Virus record (IMG/VR): IMGVR_UViG_3300020446_001812 | Location: 1-64,000 of that record | Direction: 5' to 3' (one strand) | DNA: 64,000 nucleotides | DNA from: a virus | In this document: piece by piece, positions 9,066 through 21,200 of the stretch | Layout: each line of letters begins with the position of its first letter | Position numbering within the stretch: position 1 is the stretch's first letter | Notes under the pieces: model-generated | Told to the model about the DNA's origin: nothing | Seen by the model: the letters and a program-made list of their open reading frames with translations, nothing else | Databases searched by the model: none | Made by a program: the position numbers and the translations under genes

Positions 9066-11056
9066 TGTCAGAAGAAATACGTAGTCCCGCCCCCAAAAAT
9101 GAAGTTGTAAAAAAATTAGAAGGACCAGGTCCTTTTTTAGCTGTTGTACGCAATCATTTAGATCCTGAGTATATGGGAACATTAGAAGTAGAACTACTTC
9201 GCCATGCATCAGAAGGTGGAACACCAGATGCTACTGGACAGGTTGTTGTTGTAAGTTATCTCAGCCCTTTTTACGGAATTACACCTTATAGAGGTGTAAG
9301 TGAAAATGAAGGATTTGATTATACACAAAAAAGTTATGGATTTTGGGCTGTACCTCCTGATGTAGGTACAAAAGTCCTAGTAATTTTTGCAGAAGGTAAC
9401 AGAGGTAAAGGTTATTGGATAGGATGTGTTCAAGACGAGAACATGAATTTTATGGTTCCTGGTATAGCAAGTACAACTTATAATGACGAAGACACTACTA
9501 AAGCAAAACCTGTTGGTGAATATAATAAAAAAACTGAAGAAGCAAAAAGTAGAGATAGCACACAATTTATAAAACCTTGTGCAATGGATTTATGTAAAGT
9601 GCTAGAAAATGCAGGATTAGATAATGATCCTACAAGAGGAACTACAACTAGTAGTGCAAGGCGAGATTTGCCTAGTATGGTTTTTGGTTGGAGTTCCCCT
9701 GGTCCATTAGATAGACGAGACGGCAAACCTACAGTTAAATCTGGAGAAAAGTTAAGTCAAATAGATACACCAGTAAGTAGGCTTACAGGATCAAGCATTG
9801 TTATGGATGATGGAGACCCTACATTATTTAGGAAAGGACCTGCTAGAGGAGAAAATTCTGTACCTAGCGAATATACTACTTTAGATAAAGGCGGAGATCC
9901 TACTATTCCGCACAATGAACTTTTAAGAATAAGGACTAGAACAGGACATCAAATCTTATTACATAATTCTGAAGATTTAGTATACATAGCACACGGTAGC
10001 GGAGATAGTTGGATTGAAATGACAGCTAACGGAAAAATTGATATCTATTCAAAAGATAGTGTTAGTATCCATAGTGAAAACGATTTTAATTTTAAAGCTG
10101 ATAGAGATATTAATATAGAAGCTGGAAACAATGTTAACATAAAAGCTGGAAACCAAATGGTTACAGAAACAGTTGCAAATTATGAAGTAAAAGTTGGAGC
10201 AGATGGAAAAATTACATGTGCAGGAACAAGTAATATTAAATCTAAACATCATTACGAGACAGCTGACCGAATTGATATGAATGGTCCACCAGCTTCAGAG
10301 GCTTCTTCGGCTGCTATACCTACTAGAGTTCCAAAAAAAGGATCCTGGACAGGACAAGAAAATAAAAATCCTTTAGAACACACACCTGAAAAGACTGATA
10401 GTGACCCAGAAAAGATCAAAGCTGGAACAGCTAATAATACTAGTGATGATAAAAATAAAGAAAAAAATCCTGAAGATACTTTTAAAAAGTGTGCAACAGA
10501 ACCAGAGCCTGAAGAAGAAAGCACTGTAGATGATGATCCTGTATCGGACAGCACAGAAGTAACAAAATCGGAAAATGCAACTTTAGTCAATCAGAACGGA
10601 GTGCCTCAAACAACTACAACAAATACTGAAACTACTGAAGGCGGTACTACAACACAAACAAGTTCTACATCTACAACAACTGAAACAATTACATCAGGAG
10701 GAAAAGCTGTGCTAGTAGGGGAAGATGGACAAGTTATTCCTGAAGCAACACCTCCTAAACAGATAGCTGTAGCAAGAAATGCCGATGGAAAAATTATATC
10801 AAGAACAGTAGAAATAGAAGGCGTAGATGAAGATGGATTTGCATATACTGAGACAAAACGTATTGCTGTCGATCCTAGCACAGGTAAAGATATTGATGGA
10901 CCAGTCAAGGTATCACAATATGCTTCAAGTAACGCAAACAAAAATAAAGTAGAATACGAAGGCGGCGCAAAGCCAAGCAATACTGTTGAGTCATCTTCTT
11001 TTGAAGATGACGAAGATCCTTACGCTGATCTTACAGATGAGTACCTAAATAGCTAA
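9065..11056 (+). CDS. gp5: baseplate central spike (gp5/VgrG-like), no lysozyme domain, with acidic C-terminal extension
   Basis: OB-fold DP..MG.L.V and PPDVGTKVLVIF..G....YWIG; RTRTGHQILL; beta-helix repeats SIHSENDFNFKADRDINIEAGNNVNIKAG; RIDMNG. Confidence 0.8.
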   Translation: MSEEIRSPAPKNEVVKKLEGPGPFLAVVRNHLDPEYMGTLEVELLRHASEGGTPDATGQVVVVSYLSPFYGITPYRGVSENEGFDYTQKSYGFWAVPPDVGTKVLVIFAEGNRGKGYWIGCVQDENMNFMVPGIASTTYNDEDTTKAKPVGEYNKKTEEAKSRDSTQFIKPCAMDLCKVLENAGLDNDPTRGTTTSSARRDLPSMVFGWSSPGPLDRRDGKPTVKSGEKLSQIDTPVSRLTGSSIVMDDGDPTLFRKGPARGENSVPSEYTTLDKGGDPTIPHNELLRIRTRTGHQILLHNSEDLVYIAHGSGDSWIEMTANGKIDIYSKDSVSIHSENDFNFKADRDINIEAGNNVNIKAGNQMVTETVANYEVKVGADGKITCAGTSNIKSKHHYETADRIDMNGPPASEASSAAIPTRVPKKGSWTGQENKNPLEHTPEKTDSDPEKIKAGTANNTSDDKNKEKNPEDTFKKCATEPEPEEESTVDDDPVSDSTEVTKSENATLVNQNGVPQTTTTNTETTEGGTTTQTSSTSTTTETITSGGKAVLVGEDGQVIPEATPPKQIAVARNADGKIISRTVEIEGVDEDGFAYTETKRIAVDPSTGKDIDGPVKVSQYASSNANKNKVEYEGGAKPSNTVESSSFEDDEDPYADLTDEYLNS

Positions 11057-11058
11057 GG

Positions 11059-11064
11059 TAAATA
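11059..11064 (+). promoter_or_regulatory. late-promoter box TAAATA
   Basis: In the 12-nt gap, 4 nt before ATG 11069. A second TAAATA lies at 11046-11051. Confidence 0.45.
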
Positions 11065-11068
11065 CGTT

Positions 11069-11518
11069 ATGAGCACAGAAGAGAAAAAACTTTATCAAGA
11101 AATTACAGTAAAAGGAAATTCTAGACCTGATTATGGTATAGGATCTAAAACTTACAAAGGTTTTTCAACAGTCAATCCAGATCAAAACGGTTTTAATCTA
11201 TATGATTTCGAAATTATCAAGCAGGATATAATTAATCATTTTCATATTAGACAAGGAGAAAATTTAAGTAATCCTAATTTTGGTACAATTATATGGGATG
11301 TCCTATATGAACCTCTTACAGAAAGAATGAAACAAATAATTGTAGAAAATGTAACTGAAATTGTAAATTATGATCCAAGAGTAAATGCTGTTAATGTTAC
11401 TGTAGATCAATACGAGAGTGGCTTACAAATAGAAGCAGAACTTGTTTTTCTTCCTTATAATATTGTAGAACAAATGCGTTTTACATTTGACCAAAATAAC
11501 GGATTTTTGACAACATAA
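11069..11518 (+). CDS. gp25: baseplate wedge / sheath initiator (T4 gp25-like)
   Basis: IKQDIINHF.IRQGE...NPNFGTIIWDVLYEP and YDPRV, the GPW/gp25 signature. Confidence 0.88.
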   Translation: MSTEEKKLYQEITVKGNSRPDYGIGSKTYKGFSTVNPDQNGFNLYDFEIIKQDIINHFHIRQGENLSNPNFGTIIWDVLYEPLTERMKQIIVENVTEIVNYDPRVNAVNVTVDQYESGLQIEAELVFLPYNIVEQMRFTFDQNNGFLTT

Positions 11519-11521
11519 ATT

Positions 11522-11551
11522 ATATACGCAGTTTACTAAAACTAATAAATA
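11522..11551 (+). promoter_or_regulatory. late promoter ATATACGCA-N15-TAAATA
   Basis: Intergenic; TAAATA 11546-11551, AAGGA RBS, ATG 11576. Same architecture as 5159-5188. Confidence 0.65.
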
Positions 11552-11575
11552 CTGCTAATAAACAAGGAAAGCAAG

Positions 11576-14500
11576 ATGTCCTCAACAGATAGACAAAATA
11601 GACTACTAGTAGCAGAAGATTGGAAACGCATCTATCAAAGTTATAGAAACGCTGATTTCAAATCTTACGATTTTGATAACTTGCGTAGGACAATGATTAA
11701 TTACCTACGACAAAATTATCCGGAAGATTTCAACGATTACATTGAATCATCAGAATATCTTGCTCTAATAGATCTTATTGCATTTTTAGGTCAAAATTTT
11801 GCTTTCCGTTCAGACTTAAATGCAAGAGAAAATTTTCTTGAACTAGCTGAACGCAGAGAATCTGTATTACGTTTAGCTCGAACATTATCATATAATCCTA
11901 AAAGAAATCAAGCAGCCAATGGATTATTAAAAATTGAAAGTGTACAAACATCAGAATCTGTCAGAGATAGCAATAATATCAATTTAGAAAATCAAACAAT
12001 AGTTTGGAATGATCCTAGTAATTCAAACTGGCAAGAACAATTTACAAAAGTGTTAAATGCCGCATTGCCTATCAACGGAACTGTAGGACGCCCAGTTAAA
12101 AAAGAAACAGTCAATTCTATCCCAACAGAACAATATAGATTAAACAGTACTAATAGTACAGTCCCTGTGTTTGGATTTAATAAAACAATTAGTGGAGTTA
12201 CTTCTAGATTTGAAATAGTCAGTACAGATATATTGAATGGTACAATAATAGAAGAATCTCCTTACCCTGGAAATAATTTTGCGTTTCTTTATAGAGATGA
12301 CGGTAAAGGACCAAGCAGTAGCAACACAGGATATTTTTGCCATTTCAGACAAGGTACATTAGACAATGGTGCATTTAATGTAGGTGCCCCTAGCACTAAT
12401 CAAGTTGTAGCAATAGATGCTCCAAATGTAAATAATTCAGATGTATGGTTGTATAGCGTTGATGAATTTGGATTAGAACAAGAACTTTGGACAAAAGTTG
12501 ATGCTGTTGAAGGAAATAATGTTGTCTACAATAGTTTAAGTAAAAGTATTAGAAATATTTATAGCGTACTTACTAGAGCAAATGATAGAATTAGTTTAAT
12601 TTTTGCTGACGGAACTTTTGGTAATTTACCTCAAGGTAATTTTAAAATTTATTATCGCACAAGCAAAAACGAAAGATTAATTATAGACCCAAGTGACATG
12701 CGTGGAGTAAGTATCAATATTCCATATATAAGCAAATCAGGAAAAAATGAACAATTATCTTTAGTGTTCCAATTAAAATACACAGTAGATAATGCAAGTA
12801 TTAGTGAAACAAGTGCAAGTATAAAAAGAAATGCACCTGCAAATTATTATACACAAAATAGAATGATTACAGCAGAAGACTATCAGATAGCACCTCTTAC
12901 AAGTAGTCAGGAGATTATTAAAGTCAAAAGTGTAAACAGAGTTTCAAGCGGTATTAGTAGATATTTAGACTTAGTAGACGCTACAGGTAGATATAGTAAG
13001 ACAAACTTATTTGCAACAGACGGTATTTTAACAAGAGAATATTTAGATACAAAAGAAGGTTTTGATTTTGTTACAAAAACCGATATAGAAGGTGTTATTG
13101 CAAATATAATTGAACCAATATTAAACAATAGAAAAGTAAAAAATTATTATCTTACTAAATTTCCTAAAACTTTAGTAGGAGATTTAAATTTAATCTGGAG
13201 AAGTGTTACAAAAGATACTAATTTAAATACAGGATATTTTACAAACACAGTTGGTATAAGACAGCAACTAGGATCATTTACTGCAAGTGTGCTTAAATTA
13301 ATTAAGCCGGGAACATTATTAAAGTTCCAACCACCTGCCGGTAAACATTTTATGAAAAATAATGAGCATGGATTAATGCCTGGTCCTGCTGATCATCCTA
13401 ATGCTGTTGAATACAAATGGGTAAAAGTAAACAGTGTTTTAGGAGACGGGACAACAAATTCAGCAGATGGACAAGGTGCTGTATCTATAAATGACATTAT
13501 TCCTGAGGGTGCTGAATTAGTTCAAATTATTCCAAGAATTGCAAGCAAAATACAAACACCTGTACAAACGCAATTAGTAAATCAAATATTTGCATACAAA
13601 ACATTTGGCTTGAGATTTGATACAAATGCAGGAGAATGGCGCCTAATAACAAGCACCAATTTAGATAGTGCAAGTGAATTTAGTATTGGTAAAACAGGTG
13701 ATAATACTAATCAACAATTAGATGCAAGTTGGTTATTGTTATTTGAAACAAATGGTGAAACATACACTGTAACTTATAGAGGTGGAAGATATCTCTTTGA
13801 AAGTGATGAAGAAATAAGATTCTACTTTGATAACAGTGATAAAGTTTACAATAATAGAACAGGTAAAATAATTAAGGATAAGATTTCTGTATTGAATATA
13901 AATCAAAAAGATCCATCTGCTGATCCTTTACCTTTTACTGTTGATTACGATTGGGAAATAGTAGAAGATTATAGAGATACTGAAGGATATGTCAATAGTA
14001 AAAAAGTTCAAGTTAGTTTCTTTGATGAAGATGATGACGGTGTTGTAGATGACCCAGATTTATTTGATGTCATAGTAAAAGAAAATGTAAATCCTTTGAA
14101 AAAATATATATTTACTGAGAAGATTACTAGCATTGACGGTGTTGAAGAATATTTCTATAAATCAAATTCAATATTAAATATAATTGTATTAGAAGATAAA
14201 GGATCATTAGGATCTACATCTAGCTACGATGATGGACAAGTATTTTATTATGTAAAAGAAGATTTATTTGAAACATTAGATAAAACTACAGGAAACTTAA
14301 TTGTAACACAAAATTATAGAGCACAAATTGGCAGAGATAATTTAAAATTTCATTATGTACATGCGGCAGATGAAAGTACAAGAATTGATCCTAGTGTTAG
14401 TAATATTGTAGATACTTATTTGTTAACAAGATCTTATGATAATAATTTTAGACAATACTTAGATGAAACAATAAATCAAAAACCATTACCACCAAGTAGT

Positions 14501-15211
14501 GATGAATTATTTTTAAGCTATAGTTCTAACCTAAATAATATTAAGTCATTAAGTGACGAAATAATTTATCATCCAGTTAAGTACAAAATATTATTTGGTA
14601 CAAAAGCGGATGCAGAATTGCAAGCAGATTTTAAAATAGTAAAAAATCCTGACATAGTAATTAACGACAATGAAGTAAAATCAAGAGTCATTAGTGCAAT
14701 TAATGAATTTTTTGCTTTAGATAATTGGGATTTTGGCGAGTCATTTTATTTTACCGAATTAAGTGCTTATGTCATGCAACAACTTTCGCCTACTATAGTA
14801 ACATTTGTAATTGTTCCAAAACAGGAAAATCAAAGTTTTGGTAGCTTGTTTGAAATTAAATCAGAATCAGATGAGATATTTATTTCTGGTGCTACTGTAA
14901 GTGATGTAACAATTATAGATAACATTACTGCATCTAGACTAAAAGCATCTGGTGCAATTACTACAAATGCAACAACAATTAATACTGGAATACAAAGTTC
15001 AACAGTTAGTACTTCGGGTACCTCATCTGTAGGAACAACTGTAAACACCTATAGCACTACTAGCAGTTCAAGTTCTAGCAGTTCAAGTTCTAGCAGTTCA
15101 GGAAGCAGTGGTTCAGGTGGCAGTGGATCATCAGGCGGTGGCGGATCATCAGGTGGTGGCGGATCATCAGGCGGTGGCGGATCATCAGGCGGTGGAGGAT
15201 ATGGCTACTAA
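11576..15211 (+). CDS. gp6: baseplate wedge subunit (T4 gp6-like), enlarged, with Ser/Gly-rich tail
   Basis: DFDNLR..MINYL, DF.DY.ESS, AERRESVLRLARTLSYNPKR, FADGTFG.LP and QNRMITAEDY gp6/baseplate-J blocks. Follows gp25. Confidence 0.85.
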   Translation: MSSTDRQNRLLVAEDWKRIYQSYRNADFKSYDFDNLRRTMINYLRQNYPEDFNDYIESSEYLALIDLIAFLGQNFAFRSDLNARENFLELAERRESVLRLARTLSYNPKRNQAANGLLKIESVQTSESVRDSNNINLENQTIVWNDPSNSNWQEQFTKVLNAALPINGTVGRPVKKETVNSIPTEQYRLNSTNSTVPVFGFNKTISGVTSRFEIVSTDILNGTIIEESPYPGNNFAFLYRDDGKGPSSSNTGYFCHFRQGTLDNGAFNVGAPSTNQVVAIDAPNVNNSDVWLYSVDEFGLEQELWTKVDAVEGNNVVYNSLSKSIRNIYSVLTRANDRISLIFADGTFGNLPQGNFKIYYRTSKNERLIIDPSDMRGVSINIPYISKSGKNEQLSLVFQLKYTVDNASISETSASIKRNAPANYYTQNRMITAEDYQIAPLTSSQEIIKVKSVNRVSSGISRYLDLVDATGRYSKTNLFATDGILTREYLDTKEGFDFVTKTDIEGVIANIIEPILNNRKVKNYYLTKFPKTLVGDLNLIWRSVTKDTNLNTGYFTNTVGIRQQLGSFTASVLKLIKPGTLLKFQPPAGKHFMKNNEHGLMPGPADHPNAVEYKWVKVNSVLGDGTTNSADGQGAVSINDIIPEGAELVQIIPRIASKIQTPVQTQLVNQIFAYKTFGLRFDTNAGEWRLITSTNLDSASEFSIGKTGDNTNQQLDASWLLLFETNGETYTVTYRGGRYLFESDEEIRFYFDNSDKVYNNRTGKIIKDKISVLNINQKDPSADPLPFTVDYDWEIVEDYRDTEGYVNSKKVQVSFFDEDDDGVVDDPDLFDVIVKENVNPLKKYIFTEKITSIDGVEEYFYKSNSILNIIVLEDKGSLGSTSSYDDGQVFYYVKEDLFETLDKTTGNLIVTQNYRAQIGRDNLKFHYVHAADESTRIDPSVSNIVDTYLLTRSYDNNFRQYLDETINQKPLPPSSDELFLSYSSNLNNIKSLSDEIIYHPVKYKILFGTKADAELQADFKIVKNPDIVINDNEVKSRVISAINEFFALDNWDFGESFYFTELSAYVMQQLSPTIVTFVIVPKQENQSFGSLFEIKSESDEIFISGATVSDVTIIDNITASRLKASGAITTNATTINTGIQSSTVSTSGTSSVGTTVNTYSTTSSSSSSSSSSSSSGSSGSGGSGSSGGGGSSGGGGSSGGGGSSGGGGYGY
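15060..15100 (+). repeat. 15-bp tandem repeat (about 2.7 copies) encoding poly-Ser
   Basis: (C)TAGCAGTTCAAGTTC repeated. Confidence 0.85.
15125..15196 (+). repeat. 18-bp tandem repeat x4 encoding GSSGGG
   Basis: GGATCATCAGGYGGTGGM at 15125, 15143, 15161 and 15179. Confidence 0.92.
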
Positions 15212-18200
15212 TGGCTTATAATAATGATCAAAGTGAACAACCATTACCGGGCGGCACAAATGGCAGAAAACGTGAAAGTGCAAATCATTTACCTAGGTAT
15301 TTTAGAACACAATCAAATAAAAAGTTCTTACAAAGTACTTTAGACCAATTAATTCAGCCAGGTGTAGTAGAAAAACTTAATGGGTATATTGGTAGAGAAT
15401 CAGCCAAGGCGTTTTCTGTAACAGATAATTATGTATCAGACGTATCAGACGATAGAAAAAATTATCAATTAGAACCTGCATCTGTAGTAAAGGATAATTT
15501 AGGAAACGTAACTTTTTATAAAGATTATAATGATTATATAAACCAAATTAAAACTTTAAATTCTAACAACAACGATCATAGTATTTTAAATCAACAAGAA
15601 TTTTATGCATGGGATCCTCATGTAGATTGGGATAAATTAACTAACTTTAGAGAATACTACTGGTTGCCTAATGGACCACAAAGTTTTGGTGTTCCAGGTA
15701 ATACAATTGATGTTGAAAGTACTTATACTGTTCGTGTTGCTGACAACGTAGATAATAATGCATATCTTTTCACACCAGACGGATTGACACAAAACCCAAC
15801 TATAACATTATATAGGGGAATAACTTATAAGTTTGATATTGATACACCAAATTTGCCATTTACAATTAAAACTAAAAAAACATTAGCTGAAGGATTTGAC
15901 TTAGACAGTTCAAGTATACTTGTGTTACAAGGAGTTAGTGTACAAGGTTTAGAAAAAGGGGTTAGTACATTACAACTAGGTACAGATACTCCTGATGTTT
16001 TGTATTATATGGCATCTAATGATTTACAAGCAAGTGGTACTATAATTGTAAAGGATATTACAGAAGCAACTTTTATAGATGTAGAAAAAGAAATTATTGG
16101 AAAAAGAACTTATAAAGCTAGTAGCGGCGTTGATCTATCAAATGGAATGAAAGTATATTTTACTGGACAAGTAGTGCCAGAAAAATATGCTGAAGGTTCT
16201 TTTTACATAGAGGGTGTAGGTGAAGCTATAAAATTAATTCCAGAAAATAATTTAAATATTCCTACAGAATTTACAGACGACATAGAAATTCCATTCGACC
16301 AAAATGGATTTGATAGATTGCCTTATGGTAAAGCAATTGGTTTTCCTAAAGAAAAAGATTATATTGTAATTAATAGATCATCTCAAGATGGTAACTTATG
16401 GACAAGATATAATAGATGGTTTCATAAAAGTATAATTGAAATAAGTGCAAAACAAAATGATGAACCTGTTGAAATTGATCAAGCACAAAGGGCAAAACGT
16501 CCAATTATTGAATTTGAATCTAACTTAAAATTAAACAATTTTGGAACATTGAACAAACAAGATGTAGACTTGATAGATGATTTTACCACTGATGTTTTTA
16601 GCACAATTGAGGGAAGCATTGGCTACAATATTGACGGGGTAGATATTGTAAAAGGCATGCGTATATTATTTACAGCTGATCCAGATATGCTTGTAAGTGG
16701 TAGAATATTTGAAGTAGATATTATTAAGTTTGCAAATAATCAATCTACAAACAATCAGATTACATTAAAGGAAGTGTCCGACGGTATTCCGCAAGAAAAC
16801 GAAACAGTTTTAGCATTAGGCGGTACAAAATACAAAGGCAAAATTTTATATTATGCAAATAAAAAATGGAATGTATCGCAAGAAAAAACTAATCGTAACC
16901 AACCGCCAGTATTTGATATTTTTGATGACACTGGTAATAGTTACGCAGATACAACAGTGTATGATGCATCTACATTTACAGGTACAAAAATCTTCAGTTA
17001 TAAACAAGGAATGGGTAAAAACGACACAGAGCTTGGTATACCTATAAGTTATAGAAGTATCAGTAATGTTGGTGACATAGTATTTAATTTTGATTTACTA
17101 CAAGATAGTTTTACATATAGTGTTGATAATGATATTTTTACAAAAAATACTGATATAGGTTTTTTAAGAAAATATAATGGCTTAACAGATTTTACTTCTG
17201 TTAGCGGTTGGAAAAAAGTTGACACATTAAGCGAACAGGTTGTAATTAGGCAGTATATATTTGACAACTCTATAACTTCATTTGCAATTGACGTATATGA
17301 GCAAAGTGGTTTGTTAGATGATCTTTGGATTAGAGTTTATTTGAATAACAAATTGCAATTTATTAATAAAGATTATACTATAGAAAATGACGTGAATAAC
17401 AATGCTACTGTTGTTTTTAACAATGACCTAAATATAAATGATGTAGTTTTAATAAAAACAAAATCATCTGCTATAAAAAATCAAAATGGATATTATGAAT
17501 TTCCAGCGTCACTAGAAAGAAATCCAAAAAATGATGACTTACAAACATTTACACTTGGCGAAGTAAATGATCATGTAAGTTCTATTGTAGAAAATTTAGA
17601 TGATTTTGAAGGAGTTTATCCAGGAGTTGGAAACTTAAGAGATATATGTAATCTTGCAAGTAAAGGCAGAAGATTTTTACAACATAGTGCTCCAATGAAT
17701 CTTACTTTATATCATATTACAGATAAAGATTCTAATATTATTAGAAGTATTGATTTTGCAAAGAATGAATATAGTAAATTCAAAAGGTTATTTTTACAAA
17801 CAGCTGAAGAATCAAACTTCCAAGGCACTGTAAAAGATCATGTAGATAAAATCATGACGGATTTAAATCTTGCAAAAAATAAAAATAATCCTTTTTATTT
17901 TAGTGATATGGTTCCATTAGGAGCAGCTAAAAAACTTGAGTATACTATTTTAGATCCTGATGAACAGTTCTTTGCTTTATCAGAAATATTTGACTTATAT
18001 ATTCCTTCGAAAAAAAGTGTGCAAATTTATTTAAACGGAGTGCAACTTTGTCATGGAAGAGATTATACATTTAATGAAGAAGGTTTTGCTGTAATTACAT
18101 GTAATAAACAGCAAGATGATATTATAGAAATATACGAATATGAAACTACAAACGGTAGCTATATTCCACCAACTCCTACTAAATTAGGATTGTATCCTGG

Positions 18201-21200
18201 TTATGTTCCTGAAATATACATAGACAACACATATCAATCTCCAAAAAATGTTATACAAGGACATGATGGAAGTAGAATTATTGCATTTAATGACTATAGA
18301 GATAATTTACTTTTAGAACTAGAAAAAAGAATATACAATAATTTAAAAGTAAAATATGATGCAAATTTATTTGATATTCATGATTTAATACCTGGAGAGT
18401 ATAGAGCCACAGGAATAAGTCATGAACAGATAAACAAATCAATGTTAAGCAGTTTTATTAGTTGGAGTAAATTTATAGACCAAGATTATACTCTACATAA
18501 TTTTTTCGAAAGAACAAATAGATTTACATTTAATTACAGAAACGCTGATTCTCCATCTGGCAAAAATTTACCAGGATTTTGGAGACAAATTTATATAAGA
18601 GCATTTGACACAGATAGACCTCATACCCATCCTTGGGAAATGCTAGGCCTAACTGTAAAACCATCTTGGTGGGACACACAGTATGGACCTGCACCATATA
18701 CAAAAGATAATTTGTTAATGTGGACTGATATACAAGATGGAGTTATTAGAGATCCAAATAAAAAATATAAAATTGTTGTCAAATATAAAAGACCAGATTT
18801 GTTAAATCACATTCCGGTTGATAGCGAAGGAAATTTACTTCCTCCTTTAGATATAGGTTGGGTATCTAATTATCAACCAGATACTATTGATTTTAGTTTT
18901 GTTTTTGGAGACGGTGCACCAGCAGAAACTGCTTGGAGAAATAGTAGCGATTACAGATTTAGTATAATTAAAGCATTTGTTTTGAATAAACCTAGTGTTG
19001 CATTTTCAACTGGATTTGATAGAATTAATCAAGTAAGAAATAGTGCAGGTGAAATTGTTTATAAATCGACAAGCAAAAGAATTAATTTAAAGGATATTAT
19101 TTTTCCAAACACACCTGGCGAGGACACTCAAAATTATACAAGTGGTTTAATAAATTATGTTTCTAATTACATGGCAAACGATGTTTTAAAATCCTACAGT
19201 GATTATAAAAACAATTTAAAAAATATTAATAATCAACTTGGTTTTAAACTAGCAGGGTTTACGGATAAAGCAAAATTTAGATTAATATTGGATAGTAGAA
19301 CGCCAACAAATGAAGGAAATGTATTTGTACCTGACGAAAACTACAAAATATTTTTAAATACTAGCTCTCCTGTAAAAAAGGTTGATTATAGCGGAGTTAT
19401 AATAGAAAGACGTTCAGATGGTTATGTAGTCAAAGGATACAGTCCTGATAGCACTACTTTTAAATATTTTCAACCAGTTCAAAAACAGAACGATCCTAGT
19501 ATCAACATAGGCGGAATAAGTGAAAGTTATGTTACATGGGCCGATGATAAAACATATGTTCCTGGACAGAATGTCGAATACCAAGGTTCGTTTTACAGAA
19601 CAAAAACACAACACATAAGCACTGAAACTTTCGACGTAGAAAAATTTGCAAAATTACCGTCTTTACCTTTGATAGGCGGCAGGCAAGCGTTTGTTAGAAA
19701 GTCCTTCGATGTTATTACAGAAAAAGAAATAAATTACGGACATCTATTTACTGATATACAGGCAGTAGTAGACTTTTTGTTAGGCTATGGCGAATACTTA
19801 AAAAGTCAAGGTTTTGTTTTTGAATTTTTTGAAGGAGCCGAAAAAACTGTTTTAGATTGGCGGCACAGTGTAAATGAATTCTTATTTTGGACAACACAAA
19901 AATGGGCTGAAGGAAGTGTTATAACATTAAGTCCTGCGGCGGCAGAAATAAAATTAACTACTAATTATTCTATGGTAGATAACATTTTCGATGGATTTTA
20001 TGGATATAATCTATTTAAGTCTGATGGAACAAAGTTAGTTGAAGAGTTTGCAAATTTAGGCAGATCGCCTAATGAATTTATTTTACGTCCAAAAAATACT
20101 GCTGATGGTATATTTTATGTAAGTTTACCACTTGTACAAAAAGAACATGTTGTTCTAATAGATAACACAAGTGTATTTAATGACGTTGTCTTTGATCAAC
20201 AGCCCGGATATAGACAAGAAAGAATCAAAGTATTAGGATATAGAACAACTAACTGGGATGGTAGTTTAAATATTCCTGGGTTTGTATATGATGATGCAGA
20301 AATCTTTGATTGGGAATCTTGGACAGATTACGATATAGGGACAGTTGTAAAGCATAAAGAATTTTATTATAGTGCTCCTGCTAAAATTTCAGGACAAGAA
20401 AATTTTGATTCTAAACAATGGAATATTTTAAGCAACAAGCCTAAAGGCGGGTTGTATGCTAATTTTGAATATAGAACAAATCAGTTTGCAGATTTTTATG
20501 ATCTTGACTCTGATAACTTTGATGTAGAACAACAAAAGTCAGCACAGCATTTAATTGGATATCAAAAACGACAATACTTGGAAAATATTGTAAATGACGA
20601 TGTTTCTCAATATAAATTTTATCAAGGATTTATACAGGATAAAGGATCCAAAAATGCGTTAACCAAATTGTTTGATGCATTGGCTAGTGATGACAAAGAT
20701 AGTTTAGATTTTTACGAAGAGTGGGCAATCAAAGATGGGCAGTATGGTGCATCAGAAGGCTTTGATGATGTAATTTTTAGATTAGATGAATCTAAATTTA
20801 GATTAGTGCCGCAACCAATTGAATTAGTTAATACAATTACAGGCGATGAAACAGATCTAATATATAGAATACGTCCTTATGAAGTATATCAAAAATCTAA
20901 GAATTATGATCATAAACCTTTCCCCTCAAAATATGTTTTTGACACATATACAAGAAATGCAGGTTATGTAAATCAGCAAGATGTAAGAGGCATTGTTACA
21001 AATTATTCTAATATTGTAGATTTCAATTTTGCAAGTATTAAACAAAATGATTACATATGGGTAGGCAATGAAGACCGTAACTGGAATGTTTACCAGCACG
21101 TAGATACTAAATTTGTTGTAGAGAAAATAAACAAAGGCACTGATACTGTAAAAATTGTTTTAACAAAAAATGCAGATGGATTTGAAGTAGGTCAAATAAT

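Noticed and set aside
15060-15196. Tandem repeats considered as a CRISPR array
   Set aside because: Contiguous in-frame coding repeats with no spacers, and no cas genes in the window.
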